Origin: Lama guanicoe
Taxonomy: Eukaryota
Assembly (NCBI GenBank): GCA_013239625.1
Contig: MU054187.1
Location: 14,976,974 to 15,040,973 of the forward strand
Reading direction: 5' to 3'
DNA length: 64,000 bases
Shown: positions 12,292-25,109 of the stretch, piece by piece
How the letters are laid out: each line of letters starts with the position of its first letter
Position numbering within the stretch: the stretch's first letter is position 1
The notes under the pieces: generated by a model
Told to the model about the DNA's origin: nothing
Seen by the model: only the letters and a program-made list of their open reading frames with translations
Databases searched by the model: none
Position numbers and translations under genes: made by a program

Positions 12292-13311
12292 TCCATCTCT
12301 TTGGAAATGTAATCATCAAGAAAGACAGGGCTTGGAAAACAGTATGGAGATTCCTCAAAAAACTGAAAATAGACTTACCATATGATCCAGGAATCCCACT
12401 CCTGGGCATATACCCAGAGGGAACTCTAATTTGAAAAGATACATGCACCCAGTGCTCATAGCAGCACTATATATAATAGCCAAGACATGGAAGCAACCTA
12501 AATGTCCATTGACAGATGACTGCATAAAGAAGTTGTGGTATATTTATACAATGGAATACTACTCAGCCATCAAAATGATAAAATAATGCCATTTGCAGAA
12601 ACATGGATGGACCTAGAGATCGTCGTTCTCAGTGAAGTAAGCCAGCTAGAGAAAGAAAAATACCATATTATATCATTTAAATGTGGAATCTAAGAAAAAA
12701 AAAGAAGACACTAATGAACTTATCTACAAAACAGAAACAGCCTCACAGACATAGTAAACAATCTTGTGGTTCCTGGAGGAAAGTGGGCGGGAAGGGAAAA
12801 ATTTGGGAGTTTGAGGTTTGCAAAGATTAACTACTATATATAAAAATAGATAAAACCCAAATTTCTTCTGTATAGCACAGCAAAGCATATACAATATTTT
12901 GTTATATAAAGAATATGCAAGCAAATATGTGTATGTATATGTAGACTGGGACATTATGCTGTACACCAGAAATTCACACTGTAACTGACTATACTTTAGT
13001 TAAAAAAAAAGTTGAAAAAGAAAGAAAGACAGAGCTTTTATGTCCCAGCCAGTCTTTATAGGAGGGTAGGAGCCTAACTTCGATAAGCACCAATTAACCA
13101 ACACAGATGACCTAATCCCATTAACCAGACTTCCTCCATCTTCCTCTAGTACTTTTCCACTCACTCATTCCAGGGCTTAAAAACTCTCCTGGCTTCTGTT
13201 TCAGCGAAGTTGAGTTCTTCCCTATGGAGATGGTCTTTATCTCTATTGCAATAGTCTTGAATAAAGTCTTTCTAGCTTGTTTAACTCAGTCCAGTAAAAT
13301 TTTCTTTGACA
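12292..13311 (+). mobile_element. Truncated ERV1 (MER34-like) LTR interrupted by a young L1
   Basis: ctattgcaatagtcttgAATAAAgtc...tttctttgaCA LTR end; the LTR sequence is continuous across the L1 TSD. Confidence 0.6.
12332..13021 (+). mobile_element. 5'-truncated young L1 with TSD
   Basis: ORF2 C-terminus and 3'UTR; TSD aagaaagacag(g/a)gctt at 12318-12333 and 13022-13037. Confidence 0.92.
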
Positions 13312-14460
13312 AATGACAGAAAGGAGATAGCGATTGCTTGGGGATTGGGGAAGGTATGAGAGAGGAAGATTACAAAGGGGCTTGAGAAAACATCACATGG
13401 GGGTGATGGATATTTTTTGCATGTGTGTGTGGGTGGTGATGACTTCATAAGTGTATTCATATGTCAAAAATTATCAATTGTTTATTTATATTAATTATAC
13501 CCCAATAAAGCTGTAAAAATTGCATATAACATCTGATCCAATAATTTGACTTTCAAGACTCCATTTTATTAAAACAATTGCATATGAATACAGAGACATA
13601 TGAATAAGAATGTGTATGGTAGCAGAATCTGGAACAAAAAAACTGGAAGCTATTTTGTTTATCAATAAGAAAACTAATAAATAAATTATGGTACATCCAT
13701 TAATACTATGTAGCTATTAAAAGAGTAAGTGAAACGATCATATCAAGAGCAAACTGGAGATTAATTTGTGTCTATTACCATGTGTGATTCCATATATGCA
13801 CAGCAATATGTAAGCACACATGACAAAATTTAACACTAGAGCTCTTAATGGTGGTTGAATCTGGAGAGGTAATTTGGAATTGTGAAGGGGTATGTGAAGG
13901 AGAGGACTTGAAATTTTTACTTTATTTTCTATATGTTATATCACTAGCTTGCTTATTTTTGAGAGCAATTATTCTGTGCTTTCTCCTTCATGTCCTCTAA
14001 TATTGGCTACCATGCTGGCATGTACATTAAGGACTAAAAGCTTGGTCCTTTTCTACATTTTTCAAAATGGTGGATTCATTACCTAGTATTCTCCAACAGT
14101 GACCAGTGAGGGATTTGGGGGTAATATTATGCAGGTATTTAAACATATTACATATGTTTCAATCCATTGCCCGTATTATCTTACTGATGCTCATATTATT
14201 CTGTCTTTGGCCACTATAAGCCTATTCAAGTTGGCTTCTGAGTTCTTATGTTCATAACATAATTTGATAGCTTCCTTGATTTCTGGTGTGATAAAGTGCT
14301 TCAAGTACATGTTTTACATTTCCTGCCCCAGATTTGGAATCAGCTATTTTTTTTTTTCAAAGAACCCTGATTCCAGTTAGTGGGAAATTGATGTAAGGGT
14401 TGGTTATTGCTATTGGGATAATATATATTTTTTTCTAGATCATTTCAGTGGATAGAACTT
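13312..14460. mobile_element. Old L1M (MC/ME-type) 3' fragments
   Basis: Decayed L1 3'UTR motifs (aataaattatggtacatccat; cattcctgccccaga-like ...ggaatcagctattt). Confidence 0.55.
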
Positions 14461-15287
14461 AGTATGATCTAAAAGCATGAAACCCTAATAGGACCTACTC
14501 TCTAGCTAACACCTTGAGTACTTTAAAAAGAGTATAGAAAATACTGTCACTGGTCTTCGGTGAGTTTACAGTTTATTTGGAGTTTCCTGATTATGCCTAA
14601 GAATAAAAAAAATGTTGAGTAATAGGCTTTGAATTAGTCCTGAGTCTGTCATCCTTTTTCTATAGTTGAATACTGCTTTCTGAGTTCTCTTTATCAGTGC
14701 TGGTTCAGATGATTGTACTAAGTAAATGATTGGGACCTTAAAATAATTCATTGAGAAGAATAATTAATGAGGAGAAAACAGCAGGTTGGAGTTTTTGTGT
14801 CATCAATAATCTAGATAAAATTGTAACAAATATTTGCTATTTAGAATTTCTTTTTCCTTCTGTGTATGTGTCTGCTTGGGAGTTTGAATGAACCAAATGG
14901 AGGATATTTGGATTATTAATTCTGTTTACCTTTTATTTCAATTACTCTCTGGAATCTCTTCTTTCCAGCAATTCTAAGCTGTTCACCCCCAATATTGAAT
15001 TAAAATCTGAATTCATGGAATCTGTATTACATTTAAACTAAAGAAACAAAACCAAAAAACCCAAAAATAAGCTGCTTCCTCAATTTGCTTACAAATCAAT
15101 CAGCTTACAAAATGTAACACTTTCCAGTGCTATTTATAAACCTGGGTTAAGTCTGGGTCTTTTGAAAGCAGGATATAGCTTTCAAATTAAGCAAAGTTTC
15201 ACAAAACATGACACTTTGTTTCCTTAGGTGTTTGCATACAGACTTACTTAAACAAATTCAAATCCAGAACAACAATTCAATACTTAC

Positions 15288-16504
15288 GTTGGTCCCTCCA
15301 AAACTGGGTCAGCGGAAATCTTAAAAATCAATTCAAATTAGCTTGCTTTGATAAATTTCACCTGTTCACAGGTTTCTGATGGCTTTTATCCCAACCTTCA
15401 ACCAGTCTAGGTTTATTTGAAGACCAGATTGCATTGGCTTTAAAATTGACTGGGCTTGTTCCAAATGTATCCCACTCAAACTGCAGCCCTGGTTAGTCCA
15501 AAACTCATCTCTAGCAATCTCATTTTTTCCCTTGGGAGAGAAGAATCTGGCTGTCTTTTGAGGAGTAGAACTGATTTCAAAAATTTTAGATTTAATAGTC
15601 TGTTTTTGAATTTTTACAACTATTTCCATCCTTAATTTAAAAATGTGTTTTTCTTGCAAAAGCGAATCCAAAACTGTGTATAAACCTTGACAGAAGTCTT
15701 TGCTTTTTTAAGTCTCTCTCTCTTCATCTTCCCCAGGTCTGGGGCTTAATGACCCCTTTAACTACATCCTCAGACATTCATGATTCCTACCTCTTTTCCA
15801 CACTCTCCACATAATTGGAAGAAGTTATTTTTTCTCTTAGTTTTCCAATTTACCATATATTTTTTAAAGCTATATCTCTGGCAGATTCACTGCTTCCATG
15901 AAGTTTCCCAATAAAAATCTATAAAAGTCCAAAATGAAAAGTATAAGCTCACAAATATAACAGTTTTCTTCAACCTTGAGAATCAACCCTGGTCTTGGTT
16001 GTAGGTGGTGTCTGAGCAGTAAGGTTGTAAGACTCACATTATCATCACATAGCAGACATGAATCCAATGCTTAACACCAAGTTGCAGATTTCCTGCCTCT
16101 GAAATGATGAGAATAATGATTTCATTTATTAACCTCCCAGGAACTTATTATTTGGACCACAATCCGCTGAATTCACACAATGCACTGATAATAGTAGTTT
16201 TCTGTTTAAAAACATTCTGTTGTTTATTTTAAAAGCAACTTGTTGACTTTTGTCCACTAGTATATGACTTAACGTTAACATTTCTTGCCCAAGATTATGT
16301 GCGTTGACTGGGAATTCACTTCAGCAGGGGGAGTAACAACCAGCGTTAACATACTGTATTACACAATTTCTTTAAATTCCTCTCAGGCGACCTCTTTTCA
16401 ACCACTGTGTTTTGTTCCAGAGCCCATGCATGAACAATTTTTATATTTTTCCAAAGTAAAAGTTGTTTTCTTCAAGTCATTCCACTAGGAAGTCATGTTT
16501 TTCC
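15288..16504 (-). pseudogene. Pseudogene repeat 9 (exons 16504-~16274, 16098-16038, 15918-15288)
   Basis: HDFLVE*LEENNFYFG/NIKIVHAWALEQNTVVEKRS; AGNLQLGVKHWIHVCYVMI|IFLLGNF; later LQFEWDTFGTSPV and VKFI. GTGAGT donor at 16037, GTAAGT donor at 15287. Confidence 0.68.
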
Positions 16505-17899
16505 CTGTGAAAGGAACTTAGACCCCAATTGTTCAATTCTAAATTCAAAACCCACAGAATTTGGTCTAAAGTAAACAAAGCACATTCATTCTCTTGTTTC
16601 TAATTGCTTGAAATTCTATCCAGGTTTTCTAAAAGTTGATTGAGTCTTACCAACATTTTCTATGAACCACACATGGATTTGGAGTTTATAGACAAACCCA
16701 AACCTCTAGAAATAAACCCCACATCAAGAAAGTTTCATTTGGTTTCAAGTTTCACTACAAAAATTTAATATTACCTTATTAAAAAAGCACCAAGCAACCC
16801 TGGATGGAGATGATCTCTGTTGCCAGCAAAATGTCATGCTTAATTACTATCGCATACTGGTCCTAATTTATGTCTTTAAATCTTGAATGAAGTCCATGCT
16901 GTGTTTTGCAGTAAATACAACTATGCACATCTTATTTGTAGGTAAAATTTGAATATTGGCTTTGTGTCTTGAAATTACACAAAACAGTGTACAAAAGAAC
17001 AACATTATATGGATGTGGATCTATTCTAAAGCAGAGCTGACTGACAAGACTAGCAGGACAAGTGACAGGGAGGCTAATTAGCTAAATGTTAACCTATCAG
17101 CTTCCAAGAGACCTAGAATCACAGAAGTGAAAGGGATTTAGGGATTTTTTTTTTTTAAACCACAGAACTTCTTCTGCAGGTAGGAATTAGATATTACCAA
17201 ATCCAACTGATTTGTGCCATAAAGAGAATTGGCCCTTACAAATCGTCCCTGATCCTTCCCGTGTAATTTCTCCTCCCATTGGAAGACACAGATGTCAAGC
17301 TCCGAGGATGGCAGAGTCAAAAGACAGAAGGAACTACAAGGCCTGGAAGAAATTTGCTGCTGAATCAGGAACACCCACGCTGAGCTTATCAAAGCAAGAA
17401 AAAGCGACTGGGTTAAGACATGGATATTTTGTCGTCCATTTGTTGCCAATGCCATCATTCTTACTAATACAGAATGCATTTTGCACTCAGTCTATGTGTG
17501 TTACTTTTATCATACCAAAAAACATTAAGGTATTAAAAGGAACTTTAAATTTACAGGAAGAAAATTTAATATATTCAGAATGTCTTAGAATCGCATCACG
17601 TAAGGTAGTACTCTTAACAACCTCGAGAATTATAGCACATAAACCATCTTTAGATTTCCTAGTTGAGGTTATATAATTTAAATGTTTTAGATAATTGTTC
17701 CTTTCTCATAAAAAGACTGACCAAAAACACAGAAGAAAACCTGAAAATTTCTGGCTTAAGACAAAAAAGAGAAAAACACCTATTTTTAATCCCTGCTCTC
17801 CACTTCCTCCACCACTGGCTTTGAAATCTTGCCATGTTGCTTTTCTCTTTTTTTGCTGTGAGCTGAGTAACTTTGGATAAGGAATGATGGACATAAGAT

Positions 17900-17966
17900 G
17901 TGAATAAAAGCCCTCAGGGAATTTTAGATGGTGAATAAAAGCCCTCAGGGAATTTTAGATGGTGAA
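17900..17966. repeat. 31-bp tandem duplication
   Basis: gtgaataaaagccctcagggaattttagatg occurs twice perfectly (17900-17930, 17931-17961), plus a partial third copy. Confidence 0.95.
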
Positions 17967-18666
17967 AAAGCTTGGCCCCCAATTTTTGTTTAATGTGCAT
18001 AAACTATGCAAGCTACCCTCGATTAAAATGTCCTGAACAGCCTAGAAAGATGATAAGGACTGTTTTATGTCTTTTTATTGATACCAAGGAAAGAAAAAAT
18101 ATGGAGGCAGAAACAAAAAAAAATTCCATGTATTTTGACTACTGAAGTGTCTCATACTGATCTGGGAAATAAAATACATGTTTGGTTAAAAATGCAAACT
18201 CCTGTCAACAAAAGGCATATTATTAAATATCACCATAAGCTCTAGTTTAGAAACTACTCTAAACCTCTCTGTTAACACATAAGTGCAATGAAATGGGGGC
18301 AAATGTCAGTCAACAAGACACGTGTATTTATGAATACTTTAAAGTGCGAAATAACTCTTCAGCTTCTGAGAAGTGTAGTGAGGAGAGCAGAACCATCAAG
18401 TGGTAGTCACACTGTTGGATAGTTTTTGAAGCCTATTTTTCCCTTCTTGTCCATTCCCCCCACAGCCCCATTCTTCTATAATCCTGCTCTTTCCATAGCA
18501 AATTTTGGTAAAATCCAAAATTGGTGAATCTGTGCCTTGTGTGATGTCAGGTAATCAACCCCTTTGGACAGAATCTTCTAGGAGTTCCGCCTCCAGTGTA
18601 TCTTCTCATAGGTCCTCGGCTTCTTAGGCTCAGTGTTCAGGTTAAGTGCACTCTTTCTCTTCCCCA

Positions 18667-18777
18667 GAAAAAGAGTATGAAAGCAAATACATGTAGGTAT
18701 ATGTATGACTGGGACATTATGCTGTTCAACAGAGATTGATGCATTGTAACTGACTACACTTCAACTGAAAAAAAAAA
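18667..18777 (+). mobile_element. Short L1 3' end
   Basis: gactgggacattatgctg...tgtaactgactacacttcaa plus A tail; same family as the 3' end of the L1 at 12332-13021. Confidence 0.75.
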
Positions 18778-20009
18778 CCTACTAAGGCTGAAAAAGGCAG
18801 ATTAAAATTTGGGTTTCATAATGAAAAAAAAAACTTTTCTTTGCTCACAATTTTGAAATTAACTAGAAATAAATAGGTAAAAAGAAAAGTTAATGGAAAA
18901 GGGTTAACAGATATGTAGAAATTAATATGAATAGAGAAACCTCTATAATAACAGTATTAGACATTTTCATTGCAAATACATATTTGACATTAATGGCCAA
19001 AGAATGTATTAAAATGTAAGTTAAGTTTATACCTTGAAATCATGGGAGAAAGAGTCATTAGTACATGTGTTTTGTTTTTTAAAAACATTTGAATATTTTA
19101 AGTTTGATTACATTCAGTTGTTTTTTTAATGATACAGATGATTCATCTTAATTATTTATGTTTTATTAGTATTGAATTCTTCATCCTACCATTTTTGTGA
19201 TAGCATTGACTACATTTTATTGTTTCATTTGAATAAAATTTAAAAGAATTTTAAATTAAATTTAAAAGAACATTTAAAAGAAGAGGGCCTTACAAAGCGG
19301 TTTAAAAGTTTAATTTCCCATCCCGTTAGAGAAAAGCACAGGGCATGTTTACATGTTTTATTTGGGTGACTGTCTTAGTCTACCATTCTACACAGGAGAG
19401 GGATAGAATTGCAAATGGACCCAGATGGTGGAATTTTCCTTCTAAACAAGGCTGCCAAATATTTATAAGTTTTACATGATTACATTGTAGCTTTTGCTGA
19501 TGAAGCACATCTACCGAATTTCACCAGAACTTCCAGGCAGAGTGTACAGATGATGGTCAGGAGTATTTGGGTAAGACATTTGGGCGCGTTTCTCACGTTG
19601 CAGCTCTCTGTTGTGTATGCCTCAGTAACTTTTAGAGACCACTTGATAGAATGATTTGCCAGGAGGACCGAAATCCGCTGACCGTACTGCCTATGTTTAA
19701 ACGGGAAACTTGAAGGAGCTGCTTTTTTGTTTAGATTTAGTTGAGATTTAAAACTCAATACCTGGTCTAGTTGGGTGCTGTGTACAAAATTTTAAGAGCT
19801 GTGGTATCTGGAAGGCTTTAGCTTTTAGTCTCTTTATTAAAAATTTGCAATGACCAATCATTACATTTACAATGAACCATTAAAAACATAGGATAGTGTT
19901 TTGGGTTTGTACAGCACAAATCACTCAGAATGTAAGAAATCTCTATGATAATAAGGAGATTGTAAGACATTAATTTCTGATTAATACATGTTTAATAAGG
20001 GCCATTTCT

Positions 20010-20410
20010 TTTTTTAAATTGAAGTATAACTGATTTACAATGTTGTATTAATCTCAAGTGTAGAGCAAAGAGATTCAGTTTCATATTTATATATTCAGAT
20101 TATTATATATTATAGGCTATTAAAATATTAAATGTAATTCCCTGTGTTACAGTTCCCTGTTGCTTATCTATTTTATGTATAGTAGTTTCTATCTGTTAAT
20201 CCCATATTCCTAACTTATTCTTTTCCTCTTTGGTAGATATAAGTTTGTTTTCTAAGTCTGTGAGTCTGTTTCTGTTTTGTATATAGATGCATTTATATGT
20301 CTTTTTTGGATCCCATGTATAAGCAATATAATGTAATATTTGTCTTTCTCTGTCTGACTTACTTCACTTAGTGTGATGTTCTCTAGGTCCATCTGTGTTG
20401 CTGCAAATGA
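20010..20410 (-). mobile_element. L1 3' end
   Basis: ttgaagtataactgatttacaatgttg...tttgtctttctctgtctgacttacttcacttag. Confidence 0.85.
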
Positions 20411-20789
20411 TAATGGTCATTTCTTGAGTGCTTACCAAGCACCAGGAGATACATTTAGTGATATGCACATACTCTCATTTGATTGTTAAGTGAGAATTAT
20501 TTACACTGTGCGTTAACTAAAGAGAAATTCTCTTAGGCTTATTGATGGCATCACTCTAATAACAATAGCAAGGAGCCATCATTGTATAGATAATGACCAT
20601 GTGACAGGCTGTTTATATGAATTAACATATTTAATCATGAAAAAAACCTCTCCAAGGTATAAATTATTATTGTCATTCTCATTTTTACAAGTGAACATAC
20701 TGGGACATAGTGAGGTGGAGTCACTCACCTAAGAGATTTGAGGCAAGACTCTAATCTGTCTGACTTCAGAGATTTCATTTTTGAAATTT

Positions 20790-21445
20790 TTATTATTATT
20801 TTCTTACTGAAGTAGAGTTGATTTGCAATGTATTCATTTCTGATGTACAGCATAGTGAATAAGTTATACATACATATATATATATATTTTTCATTACAGA
20901 TTATTACAAGATATTGAATATAGTTCCCTGTGCTATACAGTAGGACCTTGTTCTTCTATCTTGTATATAGTAGTTTTTATCTGCTAATTCCAAACTCCTA
21001 ATTTATCCCTCCCCCTTTTTCCCTTTAAAGGTAACCATAAGTTTGTTTTCTATGTCTGTGAGTCTCTTCCTGTTTTGTAAACAGTTCATTTGTATCATTT
21101 TTTTAAGATTCAACATATAAGTGCTATCATATATTTGTCTTTCTCTGTCTGACTTACTTCACTTAGTATAATTTCTAAGTCCATCCATGTTACTGCAAAT
21201 GGCATTATTTCATTCTTTTTTATGGCAGAGTAGTCTTCCATTGTATCTATCCACCCCAACTTCTTTATCCAATCATCTGTCCGTAGACATTTAAGTTGCT
21301 TCCATGTCTTGGCTATTGTAAACAGTGCTGCTATGAACACTGGGGTGGCATGTATCTTTTTGAATTAGACCTTTCTCCAGATATATGCCAGAGAGGGATT
21401 GCTGAATCATATAGTAACTCTATTTTTAGTTTTTTAAAGGAATCT
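20790..21445 (-). mobile_element. L1 3' end
   Basis: ORF 21110-21340 (MFIAALFTIAKTWKQLKC...) is the L1 ORF2p C-terminus. Confidence 0.92.
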
Positions 21446-23714
21446 CAAAGATTCCATTCTTCACCACTGACTCCAGTGCTTCTCAAAGCTCTCTATTCCT
21501 CTGAAGTCCATGCCATATTGGTATTGTCAACTGATCTCCAGGGAGAACTTGTTCCTCCCTCAATGACTTCTGAACCTATATCAGAGTTATCTCTCTTCCC
21601 CATCCTCCTCCCTCATCCTTTTAAGATATTCTCGAGACACTGAGGGTGTAGAGTTTTTGTTAAACTGAATCAAATCAAAGTTTACTGTTGCCCATGATGG
21701 CCTAGGGGCCCTCCTTTATGATTTGCTAGTGTCCTCTTCACGTCTCTATACTTGCATTATCAAAGATTGCTATTGCAATTGTGGACTTCACTTTTTTCGG
21801 ATTTACAAATAATATGCCTTTAAGTAAATAGTCACTCACATTATTTTCAAAATTGCTATACCATTATCGACATAACAGAGTTGCAGCCTTTTAGTAAATC
21901 CTGACATTAAGCAAGGGAGAGGTTGAGAGACTAAAACATGACTGAGCTTCTTAGGGTGAAATCTACCCAAAGGAGTAGAATTTCAGTATTTCAGCACTGG
22001 AGGCCAGTCATGAATATGACATTGAGAATATTAAGGGGAGCTGAGCTGCTGGGGTACAAGATGGTGTGTTCTGGCGAAGAATAGATATCTGAGGAGACAT
22101 TCCGAATTGTGAAAGTTTCCACATGGGACATTTCCCAAGGAGCCAAAAATATATTGGAATCAATAAATGTCAGTTGCTTGCATAGGCTTTTAAGCCACTT
22201 TAATGTAGGAATATAAAGCCCTTGGCGTAAACAAAAGCTAACTGCTCAGCCAGACCCACATGCCTGGGATCTTCCAAGACACTCACCTGACCTTGTCTTT
22301 GTTTCAATCCTGTTTCTAATCACTGCTGAGCTGCAGTTCTTAGATGCTGAAAGGCAGATGGGGTAAAAATGTGTGGAGCACATGTCTGCTCCGCAACATG
22401 GCAATACATTGAGAATATTTGTGGCTTAAATTAAAGTTTAGGACAGTCAGTGCCATTTAATGAATTCTGGGTTAGTCATGAGAAATAAACAGTGACTCAA
22501 CAATACTGTTTATTTTCTGTGCTTGAGACTTTACTTTGGAGTGGGCCCTATAAACACACATGCACTTCTAACAGGACTGGCATTAACATAATACTCTGTG
22601 ATACCAAGAAAATCTGGTCTGAAACAGCTCCACCTTAAATGAACAGCTCCCTTCACTTCTTACTGTGGGAAACCATGAAAAATCATACTTACAGCAGCAG
22701 CCTCATTTAAAGAGCTTCTATGCCAGGGACAACTTTAAGATGGCTTAATAAATTTTACAACTATTACTCCTACTTCGAAACCAGCAGATAGAATGTGTTG
22801 TCTGTCTCCTAATTGTTTTTCTACTTGGCGAAGCTTATAAATGGTGGAGAACTCTGTATAATAATTCAATACTGCTTCATCCTTTAGCTCTACCATTGAT
22901 TCCCATAGTGAACCGTGACTTTTGACTAATAATTGTTCAAACTGGTACCAGTGAAGTTGCAGAAATTAACTCACATGAGATAATTGATATTTCAAAGCTA
23001 TAGTGGGGCCTTCATAAAGTACCTGTTGGTAGCTGTGTACAGTTAACTCATGAGAAGCTTGGCTTAGAATAATGGCTGTAAATCAGGCCCACCAGGTGTA
23101 TCTTAACTGCTTATCCTTAGAAAATTATATCATAATTAAATTTTGTCTGCCGATGTAATGTTTCATTGCAGCTGTCATAAGTGAAAAAAATGCTGTATCA
23201 ATTCCCCTTGTGTCACATTTTTAGGCTTTAACAATAGAAAATATCAAAGAAAAGTGTGTATGTTCCATCAGTCAGAGAGAAATTGTGGCTCTCAGAGAGA
23301 AACAGCTTCCTAGAGCAACTGCACTGGTGATACCTTGACCGAGGCAGGTTTTATCCCCGGGAAAAACTTCTGTCCTCATTCCCTGCTCCTTCATTCTACT
23401 GGCAAACTGGTCTAGACAACAAGAAAAGTACTTGTCTCTTTACCTCTCTTCTTAAAATCAGATCTGATTGTACGCCTGAAAGGTTCTCATTTCTCCTGAG
23501 ACTTAAGCCTTCTCAACTCTGTCAACTTCCCAGAATTAAATGGATTTCCCCAAACTAAAATACCCAGAATCCAAATTACACCTCCACTCAGACACAGCCT
23601 GCTACGTATCTTTGATTTTTTGAAATCTTCTACACTTCTTAGCAACCCAGATCACTCACAGGCCTGTAATGTTTCAAAATAAGAGGAAGAGGGAGAGAAT
23701 AACCTACTTCTTTC

Positions 23715-24515
23715 TCTTTTTTTAATTGAAGTATAGTTAACTTACAATAGTATGTTAGTTTCAGGTGTACAACATAGTGATTTGGTATTTTTATAGATTA
23801 TGTTCCATATAAAGTTATAAAATGTTGGCTATATTCCCTGTGCTGTACATTACATCCTTGTATCTTATTTATTTTATACCTAGTAGTTTGTACCTCTTAG
23901 TCCCATACCCCTATCTGGCCCATCACCCTTTCTGTCTCCCCACTGGTAACCACTATTTTGTTCTTTGTATCTGTGAGTCTGTTTTTGTTTTATTATATTC
24001 ATTTATTTGTTTTATTTTTTAGATTCCACATATAAGTGAAAACACATATTATTTGTCTTTCTCTATCTGACCTATTTCACTAAGTATAATATCCTCCAGG
24101 TCTACCCATTTGGTTGCAAATGGCAAAATTTCATTCTTTCTTAATGGCTGAGTAATATTCTATTGTATTCCATAGTCCATTGTGTATATGTATACACACA
24201 CACACACAAACACACATACCACATATTCTCTATCCATTATCTGTTGATGGACTTAGGGTGCTTCCATATCTTGGCTATTGTAAATAATGCTGCTAGGAAC
24301 ATTGGGGTGCATGTATCTTTTCGAATTTGTGTTTTTGTTTCTTTATATAAATACCCAGAAGTGGAATTGCTGGATCGTATGGTAGTTCTAGTTTTAGTTT
24401 TTGAGGAACCTTCCTACTGTTTCCATAGTGGCTGCACCAAGTTACATACACCAGCAGTGCACTAGGGTTCCTTATTTTTTCCACCTCCTTGTCAACCCTT
24501 GTTATTTCTTGTTTT
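23715..24515 (-). mobile_element. L1 3' end
   Basis: KLKLELPYDPAIPLLGIY ORF2p motif plus 3'UTR. Confidence 0.92.
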
Positions 24516-24939
24516 TGTCTCCTTCATTTCTTGGAAGATAAACTTGAAAATAATTCTTCTTTACATCAATGTTGTTTTACATTTTGATGGTGGTTTGTTA
24601 CACCCTCTCCACTGAATACTGTGAAATTCTCTCAGGGTGTCTCCTGGTGGAAGTGGGTGAAAGGGTAGAATGTGGCATCATTCTCTTAGTTCTCTGCCTT
24701 GCATTGATTTCAGGACTTTCTTGTTAGTGGTATCATTAACAAGAGGGCCAAGCTGGACCCCAAATCCTTGAATCCTTCTAATGTGCCATGGGTAACCCCA
24801 GTAGGATCATGAGGGATATACAGCAAGGCACAAAGCAAATGCGCCCTTTTTTTATTGGCTAGAAATTTGGTCCCTAATTCTTGTGATGCTCTTCCCAGGT
24901 GAAATGAGAAGGATCCCTTGTAGAGATTCAAGGTCAATG

Positions 24940-25107
24940 TCTGGTCTCAGGCTACCTGCATCAGAGTCATCTGGGGTACTTGTAAATATGAAGATTTCTG
25001 GACTTCATCCTAGACTTACTTAACCTTCAGCACAGGAATTTAGGAAATATAAGCTTAAAAAAAAAGTCTCACAGGCAATTCTGATGGGCAATAAGAATTT
25101 TGAACCT
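24940..25107. mobile_element. MER5A-like hAT MITE
   Basis: ctgcatcagagtcatctggggtacttgtaaatatgaagatttctgg...caattctgatg. Confidence 0.6.
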
Positions 25108-25109
25108 TG

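Larger units (their letters stand above)
9794..15006 (-). pseudogene. Putative C-terminal tail exons of the pseudogene (15006-14930, 14717-14570, 10306-10228, 9913-9794)
   Basis: Chain of AG/GT-bounded segments with junction phases 2,1,2,0 all compatible and only one internal stop; no family recognised. Confidence 0.45.
17198..22853 (-). pseudogene. Pseudogene repeat 8 (exons 22853-22693, 22346-22287, 21817-21686, 19690-19515, 17463-17198)
   Basis: EFSTIYKLRQVEKQLG...; GILFVNPKKVKSTI; SADFGPPGKSFY; GNKWTTKYPCLNPVAFSCF...FLLSFDSAILGA*HLCLPMGGEIT...GQFSLW. Donors GTAAGT, GTGAGT, GTAAAC, GTAGAT, GTAATA. Confidence 0.75.

Noticed and set aside
15870..16067. ORF DSCLLCDDNVSLTTLLLRH...CYICELILFILDF superficially resembling the GREB1 C-terminal glycosyltransferase-like domain
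   Set aside because: Most of it lies between a strong GTGAGT donor (16037) and a strong acceptor (15919), so it is probably intronic; spacing does not fit, and the DUF3715 reading explains the flanking exons better.
17212..17676. 154-aa + strand ORF
   Set aside because: Antisense shadow of pseudo-exon 17463-17198; no ATG start and no recognisable protein.
21686..21817. IAIFDN resembling the GHKL ATPase motif (VxDNG) of MORC/SMCHD1
   Set aside because: No Gly follows and there are no other GHKL motifs; the position fits the DUF3715 repeat order.
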